Assembly: GCA_016183235.1 (NCBI GenBank)
Contig: JACPFA010000003.1
Location: forward strand, 39,560-103,559
Reading direction: 5' to 3'
From: Deltaproteobacteria bacterium
Lineage (GTDB): Bacteria > UBA10199 > DSSB01 > JACPFA01
Length of the DNA: 64,000 nt
Below the pieces are notes generated by a model. That model searched no databases, was not told the origin of the DNA, and saw only the letters and a list, made by a program, of their open reading frames with translations. A program made the position numbers and the translations under genes. This document shows, in pieces, positions 51,228 through 60,619 of this stretch (its first letter is position 1; the number at the start of each line of letters is the position of its first letter).

Positions 51228-52478
51228 ATGTTTCAGCGGCTTTTCCTTTTTCCCATCCTTTTATTATTAACTTTAGCCATAGGTCACTTGGGCTGTGGTT
51301 CGGGTACAGATGCCGGTGGTACCCCTGGCCAAATCACCCTAACCCTTACTGCCCCCAACGGGGTTGACCCGGTTTCTGGAGCGACCGTATGGATCCCGGC
51401 TAGTTCGAGTATTTCAGCGGCTGAGGTTCAAATTATTCGAAATTCTTTAACCGATTCTGAGGGCGAAACCTGCGATGACCCTACGGAAACAGCCAGTGAT
51501 AGTGAGTGTACCAATGCTGCGGGGCAAGCTACTTTGACATGCTCTGGCACAGGTTCAACCACGGTGAAATATTTAAAGGGTAGTTTTAGTGGTTCAACCA
51601 CGATCAGTTGCGGCGCTGCTCCAACAACTGCACCCGTAGCTACCACCAGCATTAATATGGCTGTGGTCACTGGAAGCTTTGACAGCATGCAAGACGTGCT
51701 AGCCAAACTAGGATTCGGTACTGTTACGAGTGCGGGGCGACTTGAACTAGGGACCGAAACCTTCACTCTCTATGATGGTGACAGTAGTTTAGATGACTCC
51801 GACTACGAAAATTGGGCTGATGTTATGTTAGATACTACCAAACTTGCTCAACATGATATTATTTTTATCAACTGTGATGAATTTGATCTTGGGGATGAAC
51901 TCGACACGGATACAAGTACTAAGGTCACCAATCTTCGAAATTATGTTTTAGCAGGTGGGAAACTTTATGTCACCGATCTGTCCTATGATTATGTAGAGCA
52001 AGCCTTCCCCGAATTTGTTGATTTCAAAGATGGTGGTTCTGGCACTTCTGCAGAAACTGCAGGCGAGGCCGAAGATGGTAGTAGCAGTTTTTTTGATGAA
52101 AACGCTACTGTCGAAGTCGCGGCTTTAGGGACTTGGCTTGATAGTCGTACCGTCAACACCGGGAACAATGAAACAGATTGTTCCAGCACTACCGTCAATG
52201 GAACCGCCGGAGCGCGCAATGCTGATGGCTCTATCTTTATTGGTGATTTTTTGAGTGGTTGGGCCATGATGGATGGCGCTGAATCGGGTGCCACGATTAC
52301 AACATGGATCACTGGTACCGATGTTGACTCCCAAGATCGTCCTTTAACGGTCACCTTTGATGCTGGGTCTAGTGGTGGTCGGGTGCTTTATAGTTCTTAT
52401 CATACCTCGGAAAGTTGCCCCACCACTGGCTTTTGGCCGCAAGAGCGGGTGTTGCAATATTTGGTGTTTGAATTATAA
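51228..52478 (+). CDS. Hypothetical lipoprotein (Thr/Ser/Gly/Asp-rich)
   Basis: Lipobox IGHLGCGSG. 416 aa. Confidence 0.6.
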   Translation: MFQRLFLFPILLLLTLAIGHLGCGSGTDAGGTPGQITLTLTAPNGVDPVSGATVWIPASSSISAAEVQIIRNSLTDSEGETCDDPTETASDSECTNAAGQATLTCSGTGSTTVKYLKGSFSGSTTISCGAAPTTAPVATTSINMAVVTGSFDSMQDVLAKLGFGTVTSAGRLELGTETFTLYDGDSSLDDSDYENWADVMLDTTKLAQHDIIFINCDEFDLGDELDTDTSTKVTNLRNYVLAGGKLYVTDLSYDYVEQAFPEFVDFKDGGSGTSAETAGEAEDGSSSFFDENATVEVAALGTWLDSRTVNTGNNETDCSSTTVNGTAGARNADGSIFIGDFLSGWAMMDGAESGATITTWITGTDVDSQDRPLTVTFDAGSSGGRVLYSSYHTSESCPTTGFWPQERVLQYLVFEL

Positions 52479-52496
52479 AAAAAATTCTGTTTGCAT

Positions 52497-52534
52497 AAAA
52501 AAGACCCTGGCGTAAAACATCAGGGTCTTTTTTT
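52497..52534 (+). terminator. Rho-independent terminator (bidirectional-looking)
   Basis: A-run, AGACCCTG, 11-nt loop, CAGGGTCT, T-run. Lies 19 nt after the TAA at 52476-52478. Confidence 0.7.
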
Positions 52535-52536
52535 AT

Positions 52537-53511
52537 ATGACAACTCAAACCTGGACTATTCTTACTCTACTGCAATGGACCGAGCAATTTTTTCAAAAAA
52601 AGGGGCTTGATTCCCCTCGGCTCGATGCTGAATTGCTTTTGGCAAATTGCCTTAAACTCACTCGCGTACAACTTTATACAAATTTTGAACGACCAATCAA
52701 TGAAGCCGAGCTTGCTCAATTTAAGGCCTTAATTCAGCGCCGGGCCAATCGTGAACCGCTTGCTTACATTACAGGCGAAAAAGATTTTTTTTCACTTCCG
52801 TTTCGAATTCGGCCCGGGGTGTTGATCCCCCGACCTGAAACAGAGCTGATTGTGGAGTTGGGCATATCTGTCATTGCTAGCCCAACGGGCGTGGCAATCT
52901 CACCGATTAGACAGAAGAGATTGCTTCACCCCGCTGGGTTCGCAATGACAGATATGCCCCTTTATAATGACACCATTAAAATCCTCGATATCGGCACAGG
53001 CTCGGGTTGTATTCTCATTTCACTCTTAAAAAATCTAGCGTCCTCTACTGGCATTGCCATGGATGTTAGCCCAGAGGCCATTGCCTGTGCCCAAGAAAAT
53101 GCCGCGTTTCATGGGGTGTTAGAGCGTATCCAGTGGATCAATCGTGATTTTACTAATTTTGACCAACCTGAATTTGACCATGCCTTTGATTTAATTGTGG
53201 CCAACCTCCCCTATGTTAGTAGCGATGAAATCGAAGGGCTTATGCCCGAGGTAGCCAAGTTTGAACCGCGGAAAGCCCTGGTGGCAAAGAACCACGGACT
53301 CGATTTAATTTTTCAATTGATCAATCGACTCAGAAATTGGCTTAAACCGACGGGTAAAGCCCTATTGGAAATTGGAGCCACTCAAGGCAAGGCGTGCCTT
53401 GAATTCATTTCTAAAAACTCTTACCTACAAGCCAAACTTCACCAAGACCTAGCCCATCACGATCGCGTTCTTGAAATTGAAATCGTGCAGAGAGACAATT
53501 GCCAAACCTAA
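52537..53511 (+). CDS. prmC: Peptide chain release factor N5-glutamine methyltransferase
   Basis: IPRPETE, DIGTGSGCI, NLPYV. Carries an 84-bp in-frame repeat. Confidence 0.85.
   Translation: MTTQTWTILTLLQWTEQFFQKKGLDSPRLDAELLLANCLKLTRVQLYTNFERPINEAELAQFKALIQRRANREPLAYITGEKDFFSLPFRIRPGVLIPRPETELIVELGISVIASPTGVAISPIRQKRLLHPAGFAMTDMPLYNDTIKILDIGTGSGCILISLLKNLASSTGIAMDVSPEAIACAQENAAFHGVLERIQWINRDFTNFDQPEFDHAFDLIVANLPYVSSDEIEGLMPEVAKFEPRKALVAKNHGLDLIFQLINRLRNWLKPTGKALLEIGATQGKACLEFISKNSYLQAKLHQDLAHHDRVLEIEIVQRDNCQT
52868..52951. repeat. A-type hairpin element, 84 bp, in frame inside prmC
   Basis: CTGTCATTGCTAG..TTCGCAATGACAG, translated SVIASPTGVAISPIRQKRLLHPAGFAMT. The flanks GGGCATAT / ATATGCCC extend the palindrome. 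Confidence 0.9.
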
Positions 53512-53743
53512 AAAGTTTTACTGAAGTGGGCTAAGGGGTAATTTGAAAACTCGCACCCGTGAAGCCTACTCGGCTCAAAAAATCCTTTATTTTTATTGAA
53601 TTAGAGTATTCCTCTGTCATCCTCTAATTCAAAAAAATAATAGGATTTTTTGAACCTCCTACGGCTTCACTCCTGTGCTAAAAGTTCTCAAATTACCCCT
53701 TAGCCCACTTCAGTAAAACTTTTTATATCTCTGCAAATATTTG
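53510..53743. repeat. E-type palindromic element, copy 2 (inverted relative to copy 1)
   Basis: Matches the reverse complement of 6082-6315 except at a handful of positions. Includes the 18-bp perfect palindrome TCTGCAAATATTTGCAGA (53730-53747). Confidence 0.9.
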
Positions 53744-53751
53744 CAGAAAGT

Positions 53752-53950
53752 CTTTTCGAGGTAGGGAGAGGCCAAGGGAGAGCCTTTTAGCGCAGGAGGT
53801 CGGACGTAGGAGGGTTAAAAAATTTTATTGTTTTTTTGAATTAGAGGATGACGAAGGAATACTCTAATTCAATTAAAAACAAAAAATTTTTTAGCCCGAC
53901 TAGGCCGACCGGGCGCGGGCTCTCCATTGGCCTCTCCCTACCTCGAAAAG
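53752..53950. repeat. E3-type element: E core with different outer stems
   Basis: CTTTTCGAGGTAGGGAGAGGCCAAGGGAGAGCC / GGCTCTCCATTGGCCTCTCCCTACCTCGAAAAG. Core TTTTTTTGAATTAGAGGATGACGAAGGAATACTCTAATTCAAT. Confidence 0.9.
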
Positions 53951-53999
53951 ACGTGGAGTAGTATTTGACTCTCCTTATAAATAGGCTTAGATCAGCGGG

Positions 54000-55265
54000 A
54001 TGGATAAAATTATCTTGCAAGGGCAATGGCCCTTAAAAGGCAAGGTCAAGATCTCGGGTTCTAAAAATGCTAGCCTGCCTATTTTAGCTGCGACGATTTT
54101 AGCCGATGGGCCGGTAACAATCGACAATGTCCCTAATCTTTCCGATGTCAAAACCATGATGCGCCTATTGGAGGGTTTTGGCATGAAAGTAAGCTATCGC
54201 AATCATCAGTGCAAAACCCAACCAGCGCCTCTTACTAAACATCTCGCCCACTATGATTTGGTGCGTACCATGCGCGCTTCGATTTTGGTGTTGGGGCCCT
54301 TAGTGGCCAAAGTTGGCAAGGCGGTGGTAAGCTTGCCCGGTGGTTGTGCGATCGGCGCAAGGCCGGTTAATCTGCATTTGGTGGCGTTAGAAAAATTAGG
54401 CGCCAAGATTCAAGTTGAGCACGGTTATATTCATGCCGAGGCTAGAGCGTTGCAAGGGGCACCCATTCATTTTGACACCATCACGGTCACAGGCACTGAA
54501 AATGCCATGATGGCAGCCTGCCTTGCCCAAGGCACCACGGTGATTACCAATGCCGCCTGTGAACCTGAAGTGGTAGATCTAGCCCAGATGCTAAAAGCCA
54601 TGGGGGCAAAGATTGAAGGGGAAGGTACTTCGACCATCACCATTGAAGGGGTTGCAAGTTTAAAGGGTTGTAAATTTAGCGTTATGCCCGATCGTATTGA
54701 AGCTGGCACTTTTCTCATTGGTGCCTGCATGACCGGGGGTGAAATCACCCTCGAAAATGCCAATCCCCATCACCTCACTTCCCTCATTGATAAACTTAAA
54801 ATGGCTGGTGCCATGGTTGAAAATGGTCAAAAACAGTTAAAAATTCGAGGGCCTAAAGAAATTAGCCCGGTGGATATTAGCACCAGCCCTTACCCAAATT
54901 TCCCCACGGATTTTCAGGCCCAATTCATGGCGTTGATGGCCTTGGCCAAAGGGGAAAGTGTGATCGAAGAGAACATTTTTGAAAATCGGTTTATGCATGT
55001 GTCAGAATTAAACCGCATGGGCGCCGACATTCACTTGCAAGGCAATAAAGCCTTTATCAAGGGCGTCCCCAAGCTCTCCGGCGCACCCATCATGGCCACC
55101 GACCTTCGTGCTAGTGCCTGCCTGGTGTTGGCCGGGCTTGCAGCTGAGGGCATCACAGAGATTAGCCGGGTTTATCATATAGACCGTGGCTATGAGGGGA
55201 TTGAAAAGAAATTCCGTAATGTAGGCGCTAAAGTCCGTCGTATCAAAGTCAAATACCGGTTCTAG
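54000..55265 (+). CDS. murA: UDP-N-acetylglucosamine 1-carboxyvinyltransferase
   Basis: KISGSKNASLPILAA, PGGCAIGARP. Confidence 0.95.
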   Translation: MDKIILQGQWPLKGKVKISGSKNASLPILAATILADGPVTIDNVPNLSDVKTMMRLLEGFGMKVSYRNHQCKTQPAPLTKHLAHYDLVRTMRASILVLGPLVAKVGKAVVSLPGGCAIGARPVNLHLVALEKLGAKIQVEHGYIHAEARALQGAPIHFDTITVTGTENAMMAACLAQGTTVITNAACEPEVVDLAQMLKAMGAKIEGEGTSTITIEGVASLKGCKFSVMPDRIEAGTFLIGACMTGGEITLENANPHHLTSLIDKLKMAGAMVENGQKQLKIRGPKEISPVDISTSPYPNFPTDFQAQFMALMALAKGESVIEENIFENRFMHVSELNRMGADIHLQGNKAFIKGVPKLSGAPIMATDLRASACLVLAGLAAEGITEISRVYHIDRGYEGIEKKFRNVGAKVRRIKVKYRF

Positions 55266-55360
55266 ACCCACCTCTTTTAACCACCCCTTCGCCCCTTGCT
55301 TCTGGAGCAATTTTTTAGTAATCTTGCCCGCTCATTCACTTTTGACGTGGCACCTCTATT

Positions 55361-56641
55361 ATGAAAATACTTCGCTCGAGCGAACGAAACTTTCGTTACG
55401 AATTTGAAAAAATCCTTAAACGCAAGGAGACGCTTGCCAGCCCTTTAGAAACTGAAATTGCAAAAATTCTGGAAGATGTTCGCTTGCGGGGTGATAAAGC
55501 TCTCATTTCCTACACTGAAAAGTGGGACAAACATAAAATTAAAGATGGTAAAATTGCGGTCACCAAGGTTGAAATCAAAAAGGCCTACCAGCAATTAAAA
55601 AAAGAAGAAATTACCGCTTTAAAGCGGGCTGCCGATAACATTACTCGTTTCTACGAAAAACAACCCATTAATAATTTTAGCTTAAAAGAAAACGGCCTAG
55701 AATTAGGCTTGCGTTTTACGCCTATTGAAAAAGTGGGTATTTATGTGCCTGGTGGCAAGGCGTCTTATCCTTCAACGGTGCTCATGAATGCCATCCCCGC
55801 TAAAGTAGCTGGGGTGCAATATCTTGCTATGGTCACCCCCTTTGTAGAAGGGCAAGTGAACCCAGCTGTTTTAGTAGCTGCCGATATTGCCAAAGTTGAT
55901 CATATTTATAAAGTGGGCGGGGCCCACGCCATCGCGGCCCTCACCTATGGCACGCCTTCTATTCCTAAGGTTGATAAAGTCGTGGGGCCTGGGAACCTTT
56001 ATGTAACCATCGCAAAAAAATTGGTGTTTGGGTTTATTGGCATTGATATGATTGCTGGCCCTACCGAAATCTGCGTCTTGGCCGGCGAAGAGGCTGACCC
56101 TAAAATCATCGCCGCAGATTTATTAAGCCAGGCTGAACACGATGAAAATGCCACCTGTGTTTTGGTAACTTTTAATATCAATTTTGCTCACCGGGTTGAT
56201 GGTGAACTGCGTCGCCAATTACGCGCTACCCCCAGGCGAACCATTGCTGAATCGGCGATTAAAAACCGTACCTTTATTATCATCACCAAAAATGTTGAAA
56301 GTGCGATCGGGCTGATCAATGAAGTTGCCCCCGAACATCTCGAATTAGTTATTAAAGATGCCGCTAAGATTGCCGAAAAAATTAACAATGCAGGGGCTAT
56401 CTTTTTGGGCCATCATGCCCCGGTGGCTTTGGGTGATTATTTTGCAGGCCCTTCTCATGTGTTGCCTACGGCAGGCACGGCTAAATTTTCCAGTTGCCTC
56501 AACGTGCAAGACTTTCTTAAAGCCACCAGTATCATGGGTTGTGATGAAAAGACCTTTAAACGAATGGCCCCCGATATCATTCGGCTAGCCGAAATGGAAT
56601 CTCTGATTGCCCACGCCGACAGTATCCGCGCCAGACTTTAG
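55361..56641 (+). CDS. hisD: Histidinol dehydrogenase
   Basis: 426 aa. ..SQAEHDE.., ..GDYFAGPSHVLPT.. Confidence 0.9.
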   Translation: MKILRSSERNFRYEFEKILKRKETLASPLETEIAKILEDVRLRGDKALISYTEKWDKHKIKDGKIAVTKVEIKKAYQQLKKEEITALKRAADNITRFYEKQPINNFSLKENGLELGLRFTPIEKVGIYVPGGKASYPSTVLMNAIPAKVAGVQYLAMVTPFVEGQVNPAVLVAADIAKVDHIYKVGGAHAIAALTYGTPSIPKVDKVVGPGNLYVTIAKKLVFGFIGIDMIAGPTEICVLAGEEADPKIIAADLLSQAEHDENATCVLVTFNINFAHRVDGELRRQLRATPRRTIAESAIKNRTFIIITKNVESAIGLINEVAPEHLELVIKDAAKIAEKINNAGAIFLGHHAPVALGDYFAGPSHVLPTAGTAKFSSCLNVQDFLKATSIMGCDEKTFKRMAPDIIRLAEMESLIAHADSIRARL

Positions 56642-56681
56642 CGCTTGCTTCGAGCAACTCATTTAGTATAAGTATCCTTCG

Positions 56682-57092
56682 ATGAAAAAAGCCCTATTGT
56701 TGTTTTTATTATTTTTTATCGCCGCTCCGGTTACGGCCAAGGAACCCAAGAAAAAATACTCCTTTCATCAAGGCACGGTCGTCTTATCGATTCATCTGCC
56801 TAATGGCCAACTTGCCGTGGAGGGTTATGGTTTAGCTATTTTCCCCGAAGGCAAAAAGAAACCCATTAAGATAGACGCCAACCGCGATGTTTATGAATTT
56901 ACCCTACCCAGCGGGCCCTACAATATTGCCGTTTATGCAGGGGGGGACGAAAAATCTAGAGAACCCGTGACCATTTACAACAAGGTCAACGTGCTCCCTG
57001 AAACCGTCTTACACAAAAAGCTCTTCACTAATCATCTCGTCTCCCCCACCAAAGACTACGCCCAAGGCGAGTATCGGCAACTCAACAAGTAG
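56682..57092 (+). CDS. Hypothetical secreted protein
   Basis: Signal peptide MKKALLLFLLFFIAAPVTA. Confidence 0.55.
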   Translation: MKKALLLFLLFFIAAPVTAKEPKKKYSFHQGTVVLSIHLPNGQLAVEGYGLAIFPEGKKKPIKIDANRDVYEFTLPSGPYNIAVYAGGDEKSREPVTIYNKVNVLPETVLHKKLFTNHLVSPTKDYAQGEYRQLNK

Positions 57093-57125
57093 AAATTTTT
57101 TAAAGTCTCGCAGCCTTGCTGAGGA

Positions 57126-57174
57126 GACCCATCGCGGAAGCGGCGGGGCCCCCATGCGGGCTAGCCGGTATGGA
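57126..57174. repeat. Fragment of the D-type hairpin interior
   Basis: GACCCATCGCGGAAGCGGCGGGGCCCCCATGCGGGCTAGCCGGTATGGA matches the reverse complement of about 5983-6030. Confidence 0.85.
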
Positions 57175-57178
57175 CTTT

Positions 57179-57262
57179 CTGTCATTGCGAGCCCAACGGG
57201 CGCGGCAATCTCACCGGTTATACAGAAGAGATTGCTTCACCCTGCTGGGTTCGCAATGACAG
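57179..57262. repeat. A-type hairpin element, 84 bp
   Basis: Near-identical to the prmC copy. Ends 2 nt before the DAHP synthase stop codon. Confidence 0.9.
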
Positions 57263-57264
57263 AA

Positions 57265-58305
57265 TTATTTAAGTTGCCGATAGGCCTCGGTGAGAATTTT
57301 TTCGGTGGTTTCCCAATCGAGGCAAGCATCGGTTACCGAAACACCGTATTTTAATTGTTTGAGGTCTTGGGGAATATCTTGCCTGCCCGCCATGAGATTA
57401 CTTTCCAACATCACCCCCACAAGCGATGCATTGCCTTGCCGAATTTGCGCAATGACCTCAGTAAGCACTTGAGGTTGTTTGGCATAATCTTTGCCTGAGT
57501 TGCCATGGCTACAATCCACCACAATTTTATCAGGTAAATTATTTTTGTTTAATTCATTTTCAACCTTGGCAATTTGTTCAGGAGAATAATTCGGAGTTTT
57601 GCCTCCCCGCAAAACCATGTGACAATAGCGATTGCCACGGGTTTTAAAAACGGTGATTTTACCATCTTGATCGATCCCCAAAAAATGGTGCGGCTTCAGC
57701 GCTGATTTCATCGCGTTGAGCGCTACTTCAATATTTCCATCGGTTCCATTCTTAAAACCAATCGGCATGGATAAACCACTGGCCATTTCACGATGGGTTT
57801 GGCTTTCGGTTGTACGTGCGCCAATCGCCGTCCATGAGATTAATTCAGAAATATACTGTGGGATAATGGGGTCGAGGGCCTCGGTGCCAGCAGCTAAGCC
57901 CAATTGGGCAAAATCTAATAAAAGTTGCCGGGCAATTTTAATGCCTTTTTCAATATGAAACGAATCATCGAGATCAGGGTCGTTAATCAAACCCTTCCAC
58001 CCTGTGGTCGTGCGAGGTTTTTCAAAATAGACTCGCATCACTACAAAAATTTTATCTTCGATCTTTTGTTTTAATTTCGAAAGTTTTTCAGCATATTCAT
58101 GAGCTGCTTGAAGGTCGTGGATCGAACAGGGCCCCACCACCGCAAAAATTCGCTTATCCTTTCCATCTAAGATAGCCTCGATGGTGTTCCTTGCTTGCAT
58201 GACGGTCTGCTCATGCTGCGGCGTTACGGGAAGGCTTTTTTTAATTTCTAGCGGTGTCGGTAAAGGTTTGGAACTTTCGACATTACGATTGATGAGTTTT
58301 TTCAC
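57265..58305 (-). CDS. 3-deoxy-7-phosphoheptulonate (DAHP) synthase, class I
   Basis: 346 aa. KPRTTTGWKGLINDP, ..DCSHGNS.. Confidence 0.9.
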   Translation of the reverse strand: MKKLINRNVESSKPLPTPLEIKKSLPVTPQHEQTVMQARNTIEAILDGKDKRIFAVVGPCSIHDLQAAHEYAEKLSKLKQKIEDKIFVVMRVYFEKPRTTTGWKGLINDPDLDDSFHIEKGIKIARQLLLDFAQLGLAAGTEALDPIIPQYISELISWTAIGARTTESQTHREMASGLSMPIGFKNGTDGNIEVALNAMKSALKPHHFLGIDQDGKITVFKTRGNRYCHMVLRGGKTPNYSPEQIAKVENELNKNNLPDKIVVDCSHGNSGKDYAKQPQVLTEVIAQIRQGNASLVGVMLESNLMAGRQDIPQDLKQLKYGVSVTDACLDWETTEKILTEAYRQLK

Positions 58306-58886
58306 TGATTAATCACTTCCAAACTGGGACTTAAGCGATTCTTTAAAAGTTGGCTGATGTAATTAAGCGTCCCGGCAGTGGCACTTGGGCAAGACCCACA
58401 GGCCCCTTGATAATGAACCACTAGCACATTATCTTCTAGGCTTAACACTTCTAAACCCCCACCATCCATGGCTAAGCCAGGGCGGATTTCATTATCAAAT
58501 AAAAGATTAATGATGGCCAATTTTTCTTCATTCTCTTTTTCATCAAAGTCGCCACTAAAATTGATACCTTCAGTTTGACTATCTGCGGTGGCCAACTGAT
58601 CGGCCGGAAAGACCTGAGTGTCGTGAATGATGGAAACGGCTTGGTCATGAATATCGTTCATCGCCCCTTCAGGCATTTGCGTAATGGTGATAAAATTATC
58701 TTTCAAAAAAACCGATTCTACAGCTTTGATTTGAATAAGTTTTAATGCCAAGGCATTATCTTTGGCCTCCTCCGGCGTTGTAAAATTGAGCCCGGCCCCT
58801 GCCGTAACCTTATCGTTTAAAATCAATTTAAAGGCATTGGGATTAGGGGTCCAATCAAGTCTTTGAATTTCATAATTTTTATTCAT
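58302..58886 (-). CDS. Nfu/NifU-type Fe-S scaffold protein
   Basis: Nfu_N-like N-terminus plus a C-terminal GACGSCPS motif. 4-nt overlap with the DAHP synthase start. Confidence 0.8.
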   Translation of the reverse strand: MNKNYEIQRLDWTPNPNAFKLILNDKVTAGAGLNFTTPEEAKDNALALKLIQIKAVESVFLKDNFITITQMPEGAMNDIHDQAVSIIHDTQVFPADQLATADSQTEGINFSGDFDEKENEEKLAIINLLFDNEIRPGLAMDGGGLEVLSLEDNVLVVHYQGACGSCPSATAGTLNYISQLLKNRLSPSLEVINQ

Positions 58887-58996
58887 AGTAACCTCATAAA
58901 GCATTAATAACTATTTTAGCTTACTCTGTAAAGGTGGAAAAAGTTTGATAAACTACACACTTGCACCCCATAGGTTATTTTTGTTACTAGTCGGGC

Positions 58997-59980
58997 ATGA
59001 AAAAATCAGAACGCCAAACCATTCGCCATTTTATTGATGAAAACTATAAACACTTTAATGCCGCGGTATTAAAAGATGCGGCCCTTGCTTATGAAAAGCA
59101 AATTCAATCTGGCAATAAAATGATGGTCTGCCTGGCCGGTGCCATGAGCACAGCTGAACTTGGGATTAGTTTGGCCGAAATGATTAAGGAAGATAAAGTG
59201 CATATCATCACTTGCACCGGGGCTAATTTAGAAGAAGACATTTTTAATCTTGTCGCCCACGATTATTACGAACGCATCCCAGAATATCGGCAACTCACCC
59301 CTGACCAAGAAGTTAAATTGCGAGAACGTGGTTTAAACCGTGTAACCGATACGTGCATCCCCGAACACGAAGCCATTCGCCGGATTGAGACTGCTATGTT
59401 GCCTTTATGGAAAGATAACGATCAGAAAAACCGTAGCCTATTCCCTTACGAATATTTTTACGAACTCATCCGCAACAATAGTTTAAAAAAGTTTTATCAA
59501 ATCGATCCTAAAAATTCTTGGATGGTGGCGGCGGCTGAAAAAAATCTGCCCATCATCACCCCCGGTTGGGAAGATTCAACCTTAGGCAATATTTTTGCCA
59601 GCCACGTATATGACGGCAGTGTCAAAAATGTGCACATTGTTCGGCAAGGTTTAGAGGCCATGAAATTTTTGATTGGCTGGTATTTAGAAAATACGCAAAA
59701 CAACGGTGTAGGATTTTTTCAAATTGGTGGGGGCATTGCCGGCGACTTCCCTATTTGCGTGGTTCCGCTGATTCGTCAAGATTTACAAACCCCCTGCAAG
59801 CTCTGGAGTTATTTTTGCCAAATCAGCGATAGCACCACTAGCTTTGGTTCTTATAGCGGCGCGGTGCCTAACGAAAAAATTACTTGGGAAAAACTAGGCC
59901 CTGACACCCCACGGTTTGTGATTGAGTCAGACGCTACGATTGTAGCCCCTTTGATTTTCAATTATGTACTGGCTGGGTAA
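58997..59980 (+). CDS. Deoxyhypusine synthase family protein (homospermidine-synthase-like)
   Basis: 327 aa. ..CLAGAMSTAELG..IITCTGANLEEDIF.. Confidence 0.8.
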   Translation: MKKSERQTIRHFIDENYKHFNAAVLKDAALAYEKQIQSGNKMMVCLAGAMSTAELGISLAEMIKEDKVHIITCTGANLEEDIFNLVAHDYYERIPEYRQLTPDQEVKLRERGLNRVTDTCIPEHEAIRRIETAMLPLWKDNDQKNRSLFPYEYFYELIRNNSLKKFYQIDPKNSWMVAAAEKNLPIITPGWEDSTLGNIFASHVYDGSVKNVHIVRQGLEAMKFLIGWYLENTQNNGVGFFQIGGGIAGDFPICVVPLIRQDLQTPCKLWSYFCQISDSTTSFGSYSGAVPNEKITWEKLGPDTPRFVIESDATIVAPLIFNYVLAG

Positions 59981-60619
59981 TTATTTTTTAATCTCAAAAG
60001 GCGCAAGGGCCATCTCTAATCTAAAAATCCACTTAGGATCAGGATTGGCGGCCCGTTTTACTTTTAAGTTGAGAAAATTCTTTACAGTTAAATAAGCACC
60101 CGCTGCCCATGAGTTGGACCAATAAGTCATTCCATTATTATTTCGAAAATAAGCTAAAGCTTCCTCAGCTAACTTGACGGCTCGCTCCACTTGCCACTCG
60201 ATTGGAATGGATGAACCATAGGCAAGCAGGTAACTGTCATATCTCATATGGTCTTCGGCACTTTCTGCCACCATACCTAATGTTGCTGAAAGATCAGAAA
60301 CGTAGTGGGAATTCAAAGCTTGACCCGATGTGAAGATGCCCACGATAGTTCCAGCTACTTTAAAATCGGGGATTCTTCTTAATAAAGGCAGGATGTGCTT
60401 CTGCTTATTGCCGATAGGCACATTAGGATCGAGCAATGCATCCATGAGGTAGTAAGTAAGGCGTGGGTCTTTTAATTGAAGATTTTTTCTACCGATCTCG
60501 TAATCGTCGCTAACATAATGATAAAAGTCCCTCTCTAAAATCTTGGCGGCGGGGTTGGCTAAGTCCTCTTTACCAAGGCTTGCCACCTCGACTAGGGCCT
60601 CCACGGACTTGCAAATCAA
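59981..60619 (-). CDS. Hypothetical protein, possibly the 3' part of a frameshifted gene
   Basis: 212-aa ORF whose only start is a TTG without a Shine-Dalgarno sequence. Overlaps the upstream ORF by 50 nt in another frame. Confidence 0.4.
   Translation of the reverse strand: MICKSVEALVEVASLGKEDLANPAAKILERDFYHYVSDDYEIGRKNLQLKDPRLTYYLMDALLDPNVPIGNKQKHILPLLRRIPDFKVAGTIVGIFTSGQALNSHYVSDLSATLGMVAESAEDHMRYDSYLLAYGSSIPIEWQVERAVKLAEEALAYFRNNNGMTYWSNSWAAGAYLTVKNFLNLKVKRAANPDPKWIFRLEMALAPFEIKK

Noticed and set aside
2741-57262. Possibility that the recurring hairpin repeats are a CRISPR array
   Set aside because: The copies are scattered over tens of kb, are not regularly spaced, have no unique spacers of uniform length between them and belong to several unrelated families. 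No cas genes are seen.
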